From Anthoceros angustus (taxonomy: Eukaryota; Plantae; Anthocerotophyta), in assembly GCA_010909165.1 (NCBI GenBank), contig VJWM01000068.1, positions 682,001 through 746,000 on the forward strand: a stretch of DNA of 64,000 nucleotides, read 5' to 3'. This document shows positions 22,380 through 36,980 of the stretch, piece after piece. Numbering within the stretch: position 1 is the stretch's first letter; each line of letters begins with the position of its first letter. Both the position numbers and the translations under genes were made by a program. The notes beneath the pieces are model-generated. The model worked only from the letters and a program-made list of their open reading frames with translations, did no database searches and had not been told where the DNA came from.

Positions 22380-23230
22380 GCGCAATGGCAAGGACCATGC
22401 CCAATGACGACATTACTTGGATAAGGAATGTTGCGTCAAGCACCGGCCCATCGAGCTGCGATAGAATCGAGCCCGAGTCTGCGTTGCTCGTAATCGAGAT
22501 ATCCCAGATGCCCCTTGCCCCTTTGTCAAAACCAAGGGTGGGCGAGAGGTGATCATTTTGCCCGACATTGCATGCAATTTTTAAGGGAACATGAAGTGAT
22601 GGTGAGGGAACAGGAAGTGATGGTGAGGGAAGAGGAACTGTGTCCAGGTGTAGAAGGTGGGGGAAGAGTAATTGCTGGTGTAGAAGGTGAGGGAAGAGTG
22701 ACTGCAGGTGTAGAAGGTGGCTTTCACCACCTGCTTGACAATGCACCAGGGTATGAAGGGGGCTCCAATTCTGATGGAAGTGACAATACATCAGAAGACG
22801 AGTTCCTCACTTCTCCTCTCACATCGGATGACGATGACAAGCTAGAGGATGGCGAGGATCATTTTGAAGAACTAGCAGACAGCATTGCTGCCACAGGAGC
22901 CTATCCATGAATGTTGGTGAAGATGATGAGGATCCTTGGCCCAACAAAATAAGAGTAGCAGAGCATTGTGTGAGGGTTCCGACGAGAACTGCTTTGACTA
23001 CAACGTTGCACTTGTTGTATATGCAAATGCAATTCAAGGTATCGACGCCTTTATGAACGCTTTATTTGGATTCTTGGCAACCGAGCCCTTCAAGCCCAAT
23101 AATATGCCAAAACGTGAGGGGATGCAGGAAACTGCTGCTACATGTTGGCCAAGACTATGAGAAAATTGACTTATGTATTGGAGACTGTCTGCTTTTTAGA
23201 GGACCTATGGACGGAAGCATAAAACTTGCA
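22380..23230 (+). mobile_element. CACTA transposase (Tnp2/TnpD) N-terminal remnant
   Basis: PCP.CQN....HF.RH transposase-associated motif, acidic linker, LCEGSDENC..., FMNALFGFL..P.PNNMP, YEKIDLCIGDCLLFRG. Confidence 0.75.
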
Positions 23231-24040
23231 GGAAGTGTGGTGAGTACCGATATGAGAAAGGAACTGTGGTGCCTGACACCGTGGCACGTAATGCTAACAA
23301 ATTGTGGATGCCGCGGTCGCGGAGACATGAAATGTTGCGTGCCGCAATGGCGCGGCAACGCAAATGACCTCAACGCAACCCTAACCCAAAAGAAGAAAAG
23401 TTTCTATGTGTCGTGGAATCATTTTGTGTATCATGAGATAGGTTGACCACATCGGGACACCGGGGGGGCCGCAACCCCAACCGATGTGGTCATGCATGAC
23501 ATGCCGAAATAGTTCCACCGTATGCGGCGGGACTATTTCATTCTGTCCATAACCCTAAAAAACTATTTCTTTCTGCCCATAACCCTAAAACAATGTGGAT
23601 GCCGCCCGACCATATCGGTATTCCATAGCTAGGCTTTTGATGTACAAAGGAATGAACAACATACACTAGGCTTTATTTAGACTCCTGGAGTCCACTAACA
23701 GTCCTGCATCTTCGTTATTTCTTTCGCTATCGTCCGGCATCCGGCGCTAGCAGAAGAAATATCTTCTACCCCAGAATAATTTACAGGAAACAGTCTTTTG
23801 GAACGAATTTCAAACTCTGACGCACCTATAAGACTGCAGCTCGTGTCATGGGCACCAGCGTTTATCCATTTATAGGTTGTCCTGACAAGCTGACCAGTTC
23901 CAACCAATCCTTGTGCCGTTACCTAAAGGAAAGGAATCTAATGCTGTCCGGATATGAACGGGGACTGCACTGGCAGTATTGCAGTCGCATTGCTGTGCTT
24001 TGCTGCATTGCGAATCGTTTCTCCTGGCCCGGTCACCTTA

Positions 24041-27000
24041 ATGGCAACCTCCACAAATTGTAGAGCAGTGGCATCCCCTGCTGCCTTGCAACTTTTCCTT
24101 CCCTTGGCACTGCCATCTTGATGGCAATCTCCACAACTTCTGAAGTAGTGCTCCTCGCCTTCCTGTTCAGTTGGTTGCAGACGCTGGGAAGGAGCCAAAG
24201 CCTGGGCTGGATCGTTGTAGGTAACACTGGCCTGCCCACTTGCTCCTACTGCGTGAATGTCATCAACGCAAATTCCTTCGCAACGTACTCTGGTCTGCAG
24301 GTGGGGATCTACCGCTGCCTCAAGTTCGATTGGAACGAGCTGTGGGCCATCGACAACGCCACCAACGCTATTCAGATTCATGACCCCACGAACATTACGC
24401 GGTGCCTCGAAGCTCGGTTGCAATCCGATTACGAGGGCGGGAATGTCACCCTGCTGCCAATGCACCTCAGTGCTTGCGACGGCAGCGCCAAGCAGCAGTG
24501 GTTTTTCGACTCTGCTGTCAAGACTGTGAGAAGCGGGCTCACGGATTCGGATGGGGCCCTGTCTACATGGTGGTGGCCGACCTGCCGAGCGAACACATCC
24601 AGCGGTCTTCCGCCTACTACAATCTCTACCTCAGCACTCTCCGGGCGCCAGGGTTCCGTTTCTCCCAGCTCACCTTCGTGCCTGCGTCCAGTCTGCGGAA
24701 CAACTACTCCGATCTCTTTCTCAATATCAGGAGTGCAGATCGGGGCAGAATTCGGGAAATTTGATCGACAACGCCACCAACGCTATTCAGATTCATGACC
24801 CCACGAACATTACGCGGTGCCTCGAAGCTCGGTTGCAATCCGATTACGAGGGCGGGAATGTCACCCTGCTGCCTCTGCACCTCAGTGCTTGCGACGGCAG
24901 CAGCAACCGGCAGTGGTTTTTCGACTCTGCTGTCAAGACTGTGAGAAGCGGGCTCACGGATTCGGATGGGGCCCTGTCTACATGGTGGTGGCCGACCTGC
25001 CGAGCGAACACATCCAGCGGTCTTCCGCCTACTACAATCTCTACCTCAGCACTCTCCGGGCGCCAGGGTTCCGTTTCTCCCAGCTCACCTTCGTGCCTGC
25101 GTCCAGTCTGCGGAACAACTACTCCGATCTCTTTCTCAATATCAGGAGTGCAGATCCGGGGAAGAATTCGAGAAATCTGATGTACAACGGGGCTTGAGCG
25201 CGCTACGGTTCTGGGGAACTGGCCTGCCCACTTGCTCCTACTGCGTCAACGCCATCAGCGGCACCAAGGCCAACCGCAGTGCGGTCGTAGATTATTCTAG
25301 CTTGCAGGTGGGGATCTACCGCTGCCTCAAGTTCGATTGGAACGAGCTGTGGGCCATCGACAACGCCACCAACGCTATTCAGATTCATGACCCCACGAAC
25401 ATTACGCGGTGCCTCGAAGCTCGGTTGCAATCCGATTACGAGGGCGGGAATGTCACCCTGCTGCCTCTGCACCTCAGTGCTTGCGACGGCAGCAGCAACC
25501 GGCAGTGGTTTTTCGACTCTGCTGTCAAGACTGTGAGAAGCGGGCTCACGGATTCGGATGGGGCCCTGTCTACATGGTGGTGGCCGACCTGCCGAGCGAA
25601 CACATCCAGCGGTCTTCCGCCTACTACAATCTCTACCTCAGCACTCTCCGGGCGCCAGGGTTCCGTTTCTCCCAGCTCACCTTCGTGCCTGCGTCCAGTC
25701 TGCGGAACAACTACTCCGATCTCTTTCTCAATATCAGGAGTGCAGATCCGGGGAAGAATTCGAGAAATCTGATGTACAACGGGGCTTCTTGAGCGCTCCA
25801 CGTTGCTGGGAACCTGGCCTCATGGTGTCGACTGCTCCAATTTCTCGGGTACCTGCTCCAAGGCGGATTTCTTCACCGGTGAGATCTTCTCCCTTTGCTC
25901 GTGGGTCATCGACAACGCCACCAACGCTATTCAGATTCATGACCCCACGAACATTACGCGGTGCCTCGAAGCTCGGTTGCAATCCGATTACGAGGGCGGG
26001 AATGTCACCCTGCTGCCTCTGCACCTCAGTGCTTGCGACGGCAGCAGCAACCGGCAGTGGTTTTTCGACTCTGCTGTCAAGACTGTGAGAAGCGGGCTCA
26101 CGGATTCGGATGGGGCCCTGTCTACATGGTGGTGGCCGACCTGCCGAGCGAACACATCCAGCGGTCTTCCGCCTACTACAATCTCTACCTCAGCACTCTC
26201 CGGGCGCCAGGGTTCCGTTTCTCCCAGCTCACCTTCGTGCCTGCGTCCAGTCTGCGGAACAACTACTCCGATCTCTTTCTCAATATCAGGAGTGCAGATC
26301 CGGGGAAGAATTCGAGAAATCTGATGTACAACGGGGCTTCTTGAGCGCTCCACGTTGCTGGGAACCTGGCCTCATGGTGTCGACTGCTCCAATTTCTCGG
26401 GTACCTGCTCCAAGTTGTCTCTCTTCGATGGCGAGATCTTCTCCCTTTGCTCATGGGGCATCGATAATCCGCCGAAAATGCCCTTACGGATTCACAACCG
26501 AGCATCTTGGAGGGCTGCGGAGGGCAACTCCAGCCTGCTGCTTACCAACGGGTGTCCATCAACCAGAGCTTCCCCACAGAACCCAACTCCACGTACCTGC
26601 TCCAAGTTGTCTCTCTTCGATGGCGAGATCTTCTCCCTTTGCTCATGGGGCATCGATAATCCGCCGAAAATGCCCTTACGGATTCACAACCGAGCATCTT
26701 GGAGGGCTGCGGAGGGCAACTCCTCTGCTGCTTCCCGGGGGTGTCCATCAATCAGACCATTCCCACAGAACCCAACTCTTCTTACACCTTTCCTTCTCCT
26801 TGGCTGGGTTTTCACACCCGCTGTCACAACCGACAGCTACCAGCGTTGCTTCAATGAGACAGGATACGTGACAGTTACAGCGGCGGCGTGAAGTTCTCGG
26901 CGTTCTCGGTGGATCAAGCCAGCCCAGATGGCAGAGACACCTTGTGGTTCCCCAAGACCTTGACCTTCAACAGCCCAGGCTCGGCTACCGTCATCTCCTT

Positions 27001-28328
27001 TACGAGCGGCGGGTTTTCAGGATCGTGTGGCGCCGTCATAGATGGCGTTGGGGTGATCAGCGTTGCCTCCCTGCTTCATCGCACCGCCACACGAAAGTGG
27101 TGGCGGCGGCAGTTGCTTCATCCCTCTTCGTGGCCCTCGTCCTAGCCCTCGCACTTCCTCTTGTGGTCTGGAGAGGAAGAACGTCTCGTCCAGAACTCTA
27201 CTTGGATCCTCACGCAGTGCATAATGTCCGAATGTTCTCCTACAGCGAGATTCAGAGGGCCACAGGCAGGTGGAGCATGGTGTTGGGGTGAAGGAGGATT
27301 CAGTACAGTTTACAAGGCAGAGTTTTCTGACGGAACGGTTGGAGCAGTCAAAGTGGAAACACCGACCGTCTAAACTCTCGGTGTTCGTACAGGAGGTGAC
27401 TCTATTGCAACGAGTCCATCACAAAAATCTGGTCAACCTCGTGGGATTCTGTGCGACAAGAGGTTTGCATCCCCATGCTTGCTCTGCAGTCAAGTCAGTC
27501 CTTGCCACATTTTGCTAGCATGCAGGTTGTATAGACTCCATCATCCTTGTCCCACGTGTCTGTGGGACGCTCACAGCTTGGTCCTTCTCTTTGCCAGATC
27601 ATCGTGTTCTTGTGTTTGAGTATCTCCCCAACAAAACGTTGTATCAAAGGCTGCATCCTGATGAGGAAGGTGAGAAGGATAACGTCATGCTCTCTTGGGA
27701 CACTCGGATGAAAATCATCTACCAAGTTGCTTGCGCCCTCGAGTATCTGCATCACGGCACCAGCCCTCCAGTTGTGCACCGGGACATCAAATCCGCCAAC
27801 ATCTTGCTCACAGCTACTGATTCAGCCAAGCTTGCTGACTTCAGGCTGTCCAGCCGCTCCACCGGGTGCTACGTCTTTCCAGTCTGTGAACACGGTGGTC
27901 AGGGGCTCCCTAGGGTACTTGGACCCCAGGTATGTGCGGTCTGGAGTGTTCTCTCCCAAGAGCGATGTGTACAGCTTTGGAGTGGTAGTGCTCGAGATCA
28001 TCAGTGGCTACCCAGCCATCAAAGACATGGACCTACTTCCATACTGGGCTGCTGACTATCTGTCTAACCCAGATCTTGCCTCTGAGATCGTCGACAAGCG
28101 CCTTTCTGGAGAGTTTGATGATGCAGATCTCCACATCCTGATCGGCCTTGTTAAGATGTGTCTTCAGGAGGAGTCCGAGCTTAGGCCTACCATGCAGCAG
28201 GTTTTGTCATTCCTGGCGGATTCGCACTTCAGCGGACATCCTCTCTACATCTGGCGCCTATCCCTGATGGACTCCCAAAGCCACCAGAAAATATCGAAAT
28301 ACCGGTCACAGATGCGTCCAGTTCCTAA
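24041..28328 (+). pseudogene. Mosaic RLK-B/RLK-A with four lectin-region repeats, frameshifted (recombinant or assembly artefact)
   Basis: Starts with the B ATG and ends with the A 3' end; alternating A- and B-specific tracts; back-jumps at 24764, 25218, 25907 and 26593. Confidence 0.8.
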
Positions 28329-31219
28329 CTGTTTGCTTCCTCCGACAAGTGTTAGTTGGAGGAACTGTCGCCCGACACGTGTCCCTTGAGTGATGAAAGG
28401 CAACTCCACTGGCTCCGCCCGGGTCTCTTGAGTGAAAAGTAAGCTCCAGTGGCAACTGCATAGCCAGACTATAATAACCCTTATAATAAGCCAGCTTCCT
28501 TCACTTCAGCCCTTCCACGAGGCTGGCGTGGCGGGAGGCTAGGGCGGAGGTGCTGCTGCAGGAGCTCACGGCGGTGGAGGCCAGCATCCGGCCGCACACC
28601 GAAGGAGGAGGAGCTGCAAGAGGAGTTGACAGTGCGGAGGCGATGTCGAAAGGAGAGGCAGAGCATAGTGAGCAGTCCACCCCTCCTCCAAGGAAGACAA
28701 GCGCGCGAGGGAGGAAGTGGGATTACGCCGAGTTGGACACGGTGTTAGAGGAGGAAGCACGGCAGGTAAGGATGGGCTAACAACACCCAACGCTTGAACG
28801 CGGGCTCGTGGAGGCGGCTCGGTGAGCCAACAGAGGGTCAGGGCAACGTTGCCCGGGTTGCGCAACACTGTTCCGGGAATGGAGGCCATGCTAAACGGCG
28901 GCACGAGCATGGAGGCCATGGAGGACGTTGGAGGAAGACTAGGCTTGGTCCTCCTCCCTAGGCTTGGTGCATCGCGAGCACTCACTACCACAAACGGTCC
29001 ACATATGACGAGAATATGACGAAGGATTTACGCGGACGGGCACTAAATGACGCGGGTTGGAAATGCCCGCCCATCATATTATGCGTCAAATTGAACCCGT
29101 CACAAACGGTTCTTAATGTCGCGGGGGTCCCAGCCAGCGACCATAGTGGTGGCGGTTGCTGGTTCCTCGGTGTCCAGTTCATGGGTACAATATTCGTACA
29201 TTCCCGACAGGTACGTGGGCCGGATGGGCCCCGTAGGCAGCCACCTCATCTTCCACATTGGACACTACGCATATGACAAGGCGCGCAAATTTGGCGATTT
29301 TGCCCGCTAGACGTGTCTTGTACGGAGGTGTCCACCACGCTGGCGTCCGTGCCGTTATGCACCATGACGTGGCATCCCGTAACAACAAGGTTGCCGCCAG
29401 AATATCGGACGGACGGCTGTCATCCCCCGCTGCGTCCGTCCATGCATGGTTGGCGCCCGTCCATCAACGCGCGCCGGGGGCGCAGGCTGACATGGCCACT
29501 ATCACGTTCTAGTCCCTCCTAGCCAATAGCTTCCCTTGCTGTCAATGGATCTGACAACAATGGATTGCCCAATCATGGGCAAGTTCAAGCCTTCTCTCCA
29601 TTGCTTGCACACGTTGATGTGTAATTGGCGTTTTGTATGACACGAGGGTTCAAAATACCAATGAGCATGGCCAATGGCGATTGATGTAGAGGCACTTCAT
29701 TGGACGGACGGTCATCCCCCGCTGCGTCCGCAGCATGGTTGGCGCCGTCCATCAACGCGCGGGCGCGGTGACATGGCCACTATCGCTCTAGTCCCTCCTA
29801 GCTAATAGCTTCCTTGTCAATGGATCTCGACAACAATGGATTGCCCAATCATGGGCAAGTTCAAGCCTTCTCTCCATTGCTTGCGTTGATGTGTAATTGG
29901 CGTTTTGTATGACACGAGGTTCAAAATACCAATGAGCATGGCCAATGGCGATTGATGTAGAGGCACTTCATTGGGCGGACGCGGTGATTTTACTGGCCGC
30001 TTTCCACCCGCGGCCACGTGCGGATTAGGCAAGCTTCCAGTTGTAATTTCAAATTATGAAACCCTAAACGCCGAGCAAAAAGCCGCACCCTCGCTGAAAT
30101 TAGGGTTGTACGCACTGAGGAGTTAATACAAAGGGTTATCTTAGCCAAGAACAAACATACCTTCTAATTAGGTCTTTCCAACTCGGGAACTCGCCAAGCA
30201 AAATCCGTGCATTATTAAATCGAGGTTACCCTATCTCCTGCTTAAAATAAGTCTAGCATAAAAACCCGTTTCGACCCAGCCCACTCCATTCACCTAACCC
30301 AAAACATATCGAGCTGCATTGATACTAAGGGGGGACGTGCTTCCGCCGTTTTTCCCTCGTGCCGCCGCTTTGACGAATGTTCCAACCTCCATGCTGGTCC
30401 TCCCTTCTTCCGAACTCCCTGGTCAGCAGAAAAAAGCCATCCCTTCCAGGCTTAGTCCATCCGTTCGAATACGATGCCAAACCATCAAACGGGCCACATA
30501 TTGCAGTTGAAAAACCAGACACAACAAAAGGCTCTTCACAAGCCACAAAATAGAGGACACCTCCGACTCCGAACAGCAAACCCCGTACCTGTGTTTCTTC
30601 TTCCACCGGTGTGTCGAATCCATTAGACTCGCCAGCATACTGCTCCTGCGCCGGGGTCTACTTGGCACACATCCACCAACGTTAGCAAAGGGGTAACACA
30701 TTTGGTAAATAGGACCCCATCACATGGTTCATGCCCACCAGCAGTGTTACGGGAGAATTGTCCTCTTCTGTGTCCTCTATGCGGGCACCAGCTTCCTTTG
30801 CACCTGTGAATCCCTCATGCACCACTGATTTCTAGCGTCAGTGAAGCAACATTCACATATCCATTCATCCCTGCAAAACCAGATTCGTCATCGAACACTA
30901 AACCTCCAGTGCCGAGGTATGATTCCATGTTCTCAATGCTGTTGCGCAGACCCCACTCTTGCTTTGCAGGTGTCGGGATGCGCTTCCACTTCTCCCGAAG
31001 TGCCTTGTTGAAATCTGTTGCCGCCAAAAGGATTGCGCCCCCACCCCGTGCTTCATTAGGCGTGCATCGGTTGCATCATTCTCGCTGGCGGGCCATTCCC
31101 CTTCCCCTGCGCTCTTGGACTCCAAACTCCATTGCTTTGGTCCATGCCTCCCCACACACTCCCCCGGGCCGCAGCCGTCTAGGATAGTTGCCCCTCTCTC
31201 GCATCCCGGCTGCGGCTTG

Positions 31220-34200
31220 CACTCCCTCAACACGAATGATTGGCCTTGCTAGTATTTGTCTACTCACAAGTCGTTGCCACAAACTACTATTCCTAAGAAT
31301 ACCAGCATCATTCTAACTTCCTGGACTGTTCGCACATATATCTATGAACATCTTTCGATTGTCACATACCGCTTGTAGCACAACAATGAACACGATAATT
31401 TTGAAGGGGATATCTTGTTGGTCATCACAAAGACCCCTTGTCACAAAGAACACCTTATAACCTAGAACGACATGTGCCCTACTTTGATAATGCACACACC
31501 CTTTACGAGGTCATACCGGTGATAAAAGACGCACTTTCAAGTGAACACCCTAGAAGAACCGAGTAGGGTGTGGGCCCGTCTGCGCTTTTGTAGAATGTTT
31601 AGAGGGCTGCCATTTTTATATGTTTATTACAACCGAAAACTTTTACTTTGAAGTGGTGGAACACAATGAAAACAATCACATGCTAGAGAGTCTCATTTTA
31701 ATCATCGTAAGAACATTGCAACAAACATACGCTAAAGGAGGGAGTGGTCATCGGCATCGACAATAGTCATTGAAGAGTGCGGCTGGCGACTCATCCATGC
31801 CTTGCATCGACCGAGTCAAGAACCACCGCCATATTCGGATGCGGTCCATATCGTCGCCTCAAAGTTATCGTTCTCCTCCATTGCTTGCTCGTCTTCAATA
31901 GTATCATTCCTGGGCCCACCATCTGACGGTGTGGACTGCCACACAACATCTAGGGTTTGCTGACCCTCATCCAAAAGGTCGCCAGTCGTAGTCTTCAACC
32001 TTCTGGCACTCAATGCAACCACTTGGGCTTTAAGGCAATGCCAGCGTCCTTAAAATGAACAAAGTTAGTTGCCCATGCGCCCATGCAAGCATCCTTAAAA
32101 TCAACAAAGTTGAGTTATTAAAAAGATATGGGTTTTGAACCCAGAACTTATTCATTACTAACCTTTTTCCCAAACACTAGACCAACAATCCCAAGTTACA
32201 AACTTATTGAGCCACTACATATTGATTTTGTTAAAGGCGGCCTATGAGGAGGCGCGGCCGGCGCCCATGGGCGGTGGTGTTAGGGGAGGGCCGGCCGCCC
32301 ATGGGCAAGGCATGGCGTGTTGGTGGGGGCGCCGGCCGCCCATGGGCGGTGGTGTGCTAGGGGAGGCGCCGCCGGCCGCCCATGGGCGGTGTGCTAGGGG
32401 AGGAGGCGCCGGCCGCGCCCATGGGCGGTGTGCTAGGGGAGGCGCCGGCGCCCATGGGTGGTGTTAGGGGAGGCGCCGCCGGCCGCCCATGGGCGGTGTG
32501 CTAGGGGAGGCGCCGGCCGCGCCCATGGGTGGTGTGTTAGGGGAGGGCCGGCCGCCCATGGCGTGTGCTAGGGGAGGCGCCGGCCGCCCATGGGTGGTGG
32601 GAGGCGCCGGCCGCGCCTCCCTAGCTCCACCGCCGCACGACGGGTGGTGCTAGGGAGGCGCCGGCCGGCGCCCGCCTCACGCACCACCCGTAGGCCCACC
32701 GATGGGTGGCGTGGAGGAGGCGCCGGCCGCCGCGCCCGCCTCACGCACCACCCGTAGGCCCACCGATGGGTGGCGGTGGAGGAGGCGCCGGCCGCGCCCG
32801 CCTCACGCACCACCCGTAGGCCCACCGATGGGTGGCGTGGAGGAGGCGCCGCCGGCCGGCGCCTCCTCCCCGCACCACCGGCCTTATGCCCGACGGGTGG
32901 AGTGCGAGCGGGCGCGGCGGCGCCTCCCTCCGCGCGTGCCCATTGTGGCCCTCCTTCCACGCACTTCAGACGCGGCACTTCCATCGAAAATTCAGGGCTA
33001 ACCTTAGAAGCAACCTTGGAATGAAGGCTAACCTTAGAAGCAAATGGCGTCTGAAATCGAGCCAGCATTTGGTCGGTCGAGTGTAGAGGGTACTCCTAAA
33101 CATCCGTATGTGGACAAAAAGCGATAAGGGATAAGCTCATGAGTTGCGTGGCTTAATACAACTGCGAGTCAAAGTGCTGAAGATAATGATGACAATGGAG
33201 GAGAAGTCGGACCAAGTGATGACGAAGGATTGAACTCGGGATGAGTGAAATCAAATCTGCTTTTTCCGGGTCCCGAGTTAATGTTGTAAGTCCGTTGCTG
33301 ATGTTACTGTGTTAGGGAAATACCCTGTCCGTGGCTTTTGTGGTGTCATAACAAAACCACATTTTCCTCCCAAAACTCAGTTTACAGCCGTCCCTTCCCG
33401 GCAGGAACGGCCTTCCTCACCGTTCCCACTTTGCATTATTCCCGTAGGTTCGAGTTTGTGACCACCATTCGACACAAACATTGCTGGATGGAAAGTAGTA
33501 ACTTTCTTTGGGTGACACCTTTTTTCGAGTCGCAATGCCTTCAAAACGCTGTTTTAGGGCCCATCAAAAACCCCCTTCAGAGATTATTTGCGGAAAACCC
33601 CCTTCGAGATTATTCACCCCCTTCAAAAATTATCATGTTAATGCATGTTGTATCGCTTGCAGTGATAGGCTGTAGGAGTGTACTGCTCAAGAGGCTTGAC
33701 TGCAAACTTGATAAGAGATCCATTTATAGCACCAACAATATTAGGTAATAAGGTCCACCTTCATGTACTGAACAACTGTGGCATCACCGACACCATACTT
33801 GGAAGCAACAATGAGTGGAGATAGACCTCTGACCAACCTATGTAATACCATAGCAACAGCCTTTTCACATGCTATTGTCGTTCGTGGTGAAGTGCGTACC
33901 AAGAAGGATTGCAATTGGTGAACAAGGACCATAACAGTTAGGTAGGACATCCGATATTTTCTACGCCAATGCCTCATCACGTCTTTCGGGGCCCTCCAAG
34001 TGCCAAGCTTGCATGTGAAACTCTTCCCAAAGTCGACAGATGGTGCGCTCCACCAAATACGAGGATACGCTTTCCCATTGTCTCCACAAGAGCACCACTA
34101 GAAGCTGCGAATAACATTGCGTAAGAGTACATACATGATACTATCAAAAGAGCTCATATCGTCTATATCTTGAAGATATAAAGGATGAAAAGCTTTGGCA

Positions 34201-34240
34201 TACAACATAGTATGAAGCACAAAGTAAATGACAGGATCCA
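31220..34240 (-). mobile_element. PIF/Harbinger transposase pseudogene, copy 2
   Basis: KAVAMVLHRLVRGLSPLIVASKYGVGDATV; VLQAVCDNRKMFIDICANSPGS. Confidence 0.8.
31389..33639. mobile_element. TIR element with AATG TSD, copy 2
   Basis: AATG|aacacgataattttgaagggg ... ccccttcaaaaattatcatgtt|AATG. Confidence 0.8.
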
Positions 34241-34352
34241 TATATAAAAATAAAAATAAAATATTATTATTATTTAGTATTTAATAAAATCCCCGGTGCC
34301 CGCTGGACACGGGGATTCTAGGGACGGAGGCACTACTCAATGTAAGTAGGCC

Positions 34353-35640
34353 TTGAGCCATGGCTGTTGCGGTCACCTTGCAATGGAGTTATGCAAGGGC
34401 AACAGGGTGCCTTGTGTTCGCATGTCAGCAGGATCACATGTCAACAGGGTCGCTCGCTTGTGGTCCCAGCAAAGAGGAGAATTAGCAGGAAGAGCTACTG
34501 CTGGACTGACTTCAAGGAACATATTGTGGGCAAACAACGAAGCCGCGAAGTGCAGCGCCTTCGCAACAAAGCCTGTCCAGGAAAATATCTGGCTGGAGCG
34601 GGTCTTCCAGATAGGATTGTTGTTACAGTCAGGGCGCAAGAAGGATTGTCATTACAGTCAGGGCTCTTGTGCCCACAGTCTTTTCGACTCCGCTCACAAT
34701 CCGAGTGGAGCATGCCCAGAAGATCCCGCGAGGATACGAAAAGGGCGTACAGCTGAGACCGTGAGCAAGTAATGTGATCAGGGCCATCTCATTGAGATTG
34801 TCGAGGCTTTGGGGTTTTGGTGCAGACGGATTGTGGTAGCATTCTCGGGGCTCTGTTTTACACAATGTTGAGGAACTGCGCTGTCAGAAAGGATCTAGTT
34901 CTGGGTCGCCGCGTCCATGCTTTTACGGTGAAAAATGGGTATCACTCCTGTGCAGACACATCTGCGAATGTATGCCTCTCTGGGCAGGTTGCAAGATGCG
35001 ATGGATGTGTTCACCATGGGCCTTCCTGATGTCTGCCATGATTTCTGTGCATGTTAAACACCCACAAGACAAGTAGGCCATACAACTGTATCATCGGATG
35101 CGAAGTTCGATTTGTGAAGTCAGATGGCCATGTACTTGTGGCAGCTCTTCAGGCTTGTGCAAGGGGATCCGACTTGATAACGGGGGCAGCAGGTGCATGC
35201 TGATGTGTTGGGGAGCGGGGTGTAGCCTCATTTGTTTGTCTATAATCTTGGTGGACATGTATGCGAAGTGTGGCAGCTTTGAAAATTCTTAGAGAGTCTT
35301 CGACGGATTTCATGAAAGGATGTGGTGACGTGGACAGCAGGGTATTCCCAACAGAGCATGGGCCAGGAAGCCCTTTGTTTCTACAGCTTGATGCAAGAAG
35401 GCGGTATGGCTGTACCCAATTCTGTGACATTTGTGTGCCTGTAGCAGGCATGTGCAAAATGTGTGCACACCAGCTTTGGAGACGGGCAAGCAGCTTTATG
35501 CGCAAATTAGGACATGAAAAGGAGGACATGAAACTGATTGTCTTTGAAACCAGCAGCTTGATTAACATGTATGCGAAGTGTGGCAGCTCAGAGGATGCTC
35601 AGAGGATCGTCTCAGCTCAGAGGATGCTCAGAGGCAGTTT
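34353..35640 (+). pseudogene. PLS-class PPR pseudogene, copy 2
   Basis: Duplicate of 14130-15400. Confidence 0.85.
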
Positions 35641-35672
35641 TAACTGCTAACACTTTTGTACTCATTTTCCAG

Positions 35673-36980
35673 CTGTGAAGGAGGAACGAACAGGTATTGG
35701 CAGATGCTGTACGCATTAGGAACTATGAGAAAGGGATGGTACCTGTCGATCCCCGTGAATTTGCCAATCGGGTACTGCATACTGTGTACATGGGAGTACA
35801 GGTACTAACATCCCAGTCTCACTTGTTTCTGGCATTTGTAGCTCACGTTCTCTATTTCTGTAGGCTTTGTTTCTAACTCAAATCAACCATCTGCAGCTCT
35901 GAAGGCACACGGGATCGGGCTAGGAGATTAGCAAAAGAAATTGGAGCATCTCACTTTGATGTGAAAATTAATGTTATTTTGTCAGCCATGCTTTCCTTGT
36001 TTCAGACAATGACAGGGACAACTCCGAAGTACAAGGTAAAGGCTAATAAACATTCCTGAACTTGAAGTTTGTCAGCTTCTTCAGCCCATGTTTCTCCATC
36101 AGGCTCAAATACATAGCTGAAATATGGTTATTTGTTTGTTGTAGGTCGATGGCGGAACAAATGCAGAGAATCTCGCCCAGCAAAACCTCCAGGCTCGTAT
36201 TGTATGGTTCTTGCTTATATGCTAGCATCACTACTACCGTGGGTGCGTAGCAGACCAGGGTTTCTCCTTGTTTTGGGCAGTGCAAATTGGATGAAGGACG
36301 TTGAGGGTTTCTGACAAAGGTAGGAGTTACCTTTGCACTAGTGCTTAGGGAGGGAAGCGTCGTGATTGGTTTGTTGTTCACTTTTGCAGTATGACAACAG
36401 TTCTGCTGACATCAATCCTACGGGAGGCGCTTTTCTAAGATGGGGAGCTGAACATTTAGGCTCTTCAACTCTGGCTGAAATAGAGTCCGCTTCACCCACA
36501 GCAGAGCTGGAGCCTATTCGAGAAAACTATAGCCAGGTGAACCGCTAAGAATGCTTTGTCACTGCACTGGCATTAGGGAGGCATGCTCATGCCAAATTTG
36601 TTGCAGACAGATGACGCTGACGTGGGCATGACATATGAGGAGCTTTCAATGTTTGGTCGCCTTTGGAAAGTCTTTCCTGTGGTCCTGTCTCAATGTTTCA
36701 GTTCAGATCTCGCTGATTTCAGTCTGGCTTGACAATGTGCTGTATTCTGCTGGGCATGCATGGCGGTACTTTTCCTCCACACATCCTGGCTTTGTTTGTA
36801 GCACCTCTGCCATGGCTGGCAAGGTCAGCTTACCCTAGCTGAAGTTGCTACAAAGGTGAAAGAATTTTTCAAATATTACATCATGAACTGCACAAAAGGT
36901 GAAAGACCTTATATGTTATATAGGAATTGTCTCCGGCCTTGACAATTCAAGCGCATAGACGAGATTGCGCAGCTAGGTGA
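35673..36980 (+). pseudogene. QNS1: NAD+ synthetase pseudogene, copy 2
   Basis: Duplicate of 15445-16760. Confidence 0.88.

Larger units (their letters stand above)
7830..24070 (+). repeat. Segmental tandem duplication, copy 1 (~16 kb)
   Basis: Collinear with 27853-44366, e.g. 14130/34353, 17299/37514, 23695/43990. Confidence 0.95.

Noticed and set aside
23548-23590. aaccctaa telomere-like motifs (also ~9757)
   Set aside because: Isolated copies within TE-like sequence, not an array
20699-23630. Possible TIR pair (ggctgaggaat / attccatagct) bounding the CACTA remnant
   Set aside because: Only 8/11 match, not CACTA-type termini, and no convincing TSD
24180-26760. Repeat array as a CRISPR-like or programmed cassette system
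   Set aside because: The units are pieces of RLK-A/B with no repeat-spacer structure or recombinase; shared homopolymer errors favour an artefact or simple recombination
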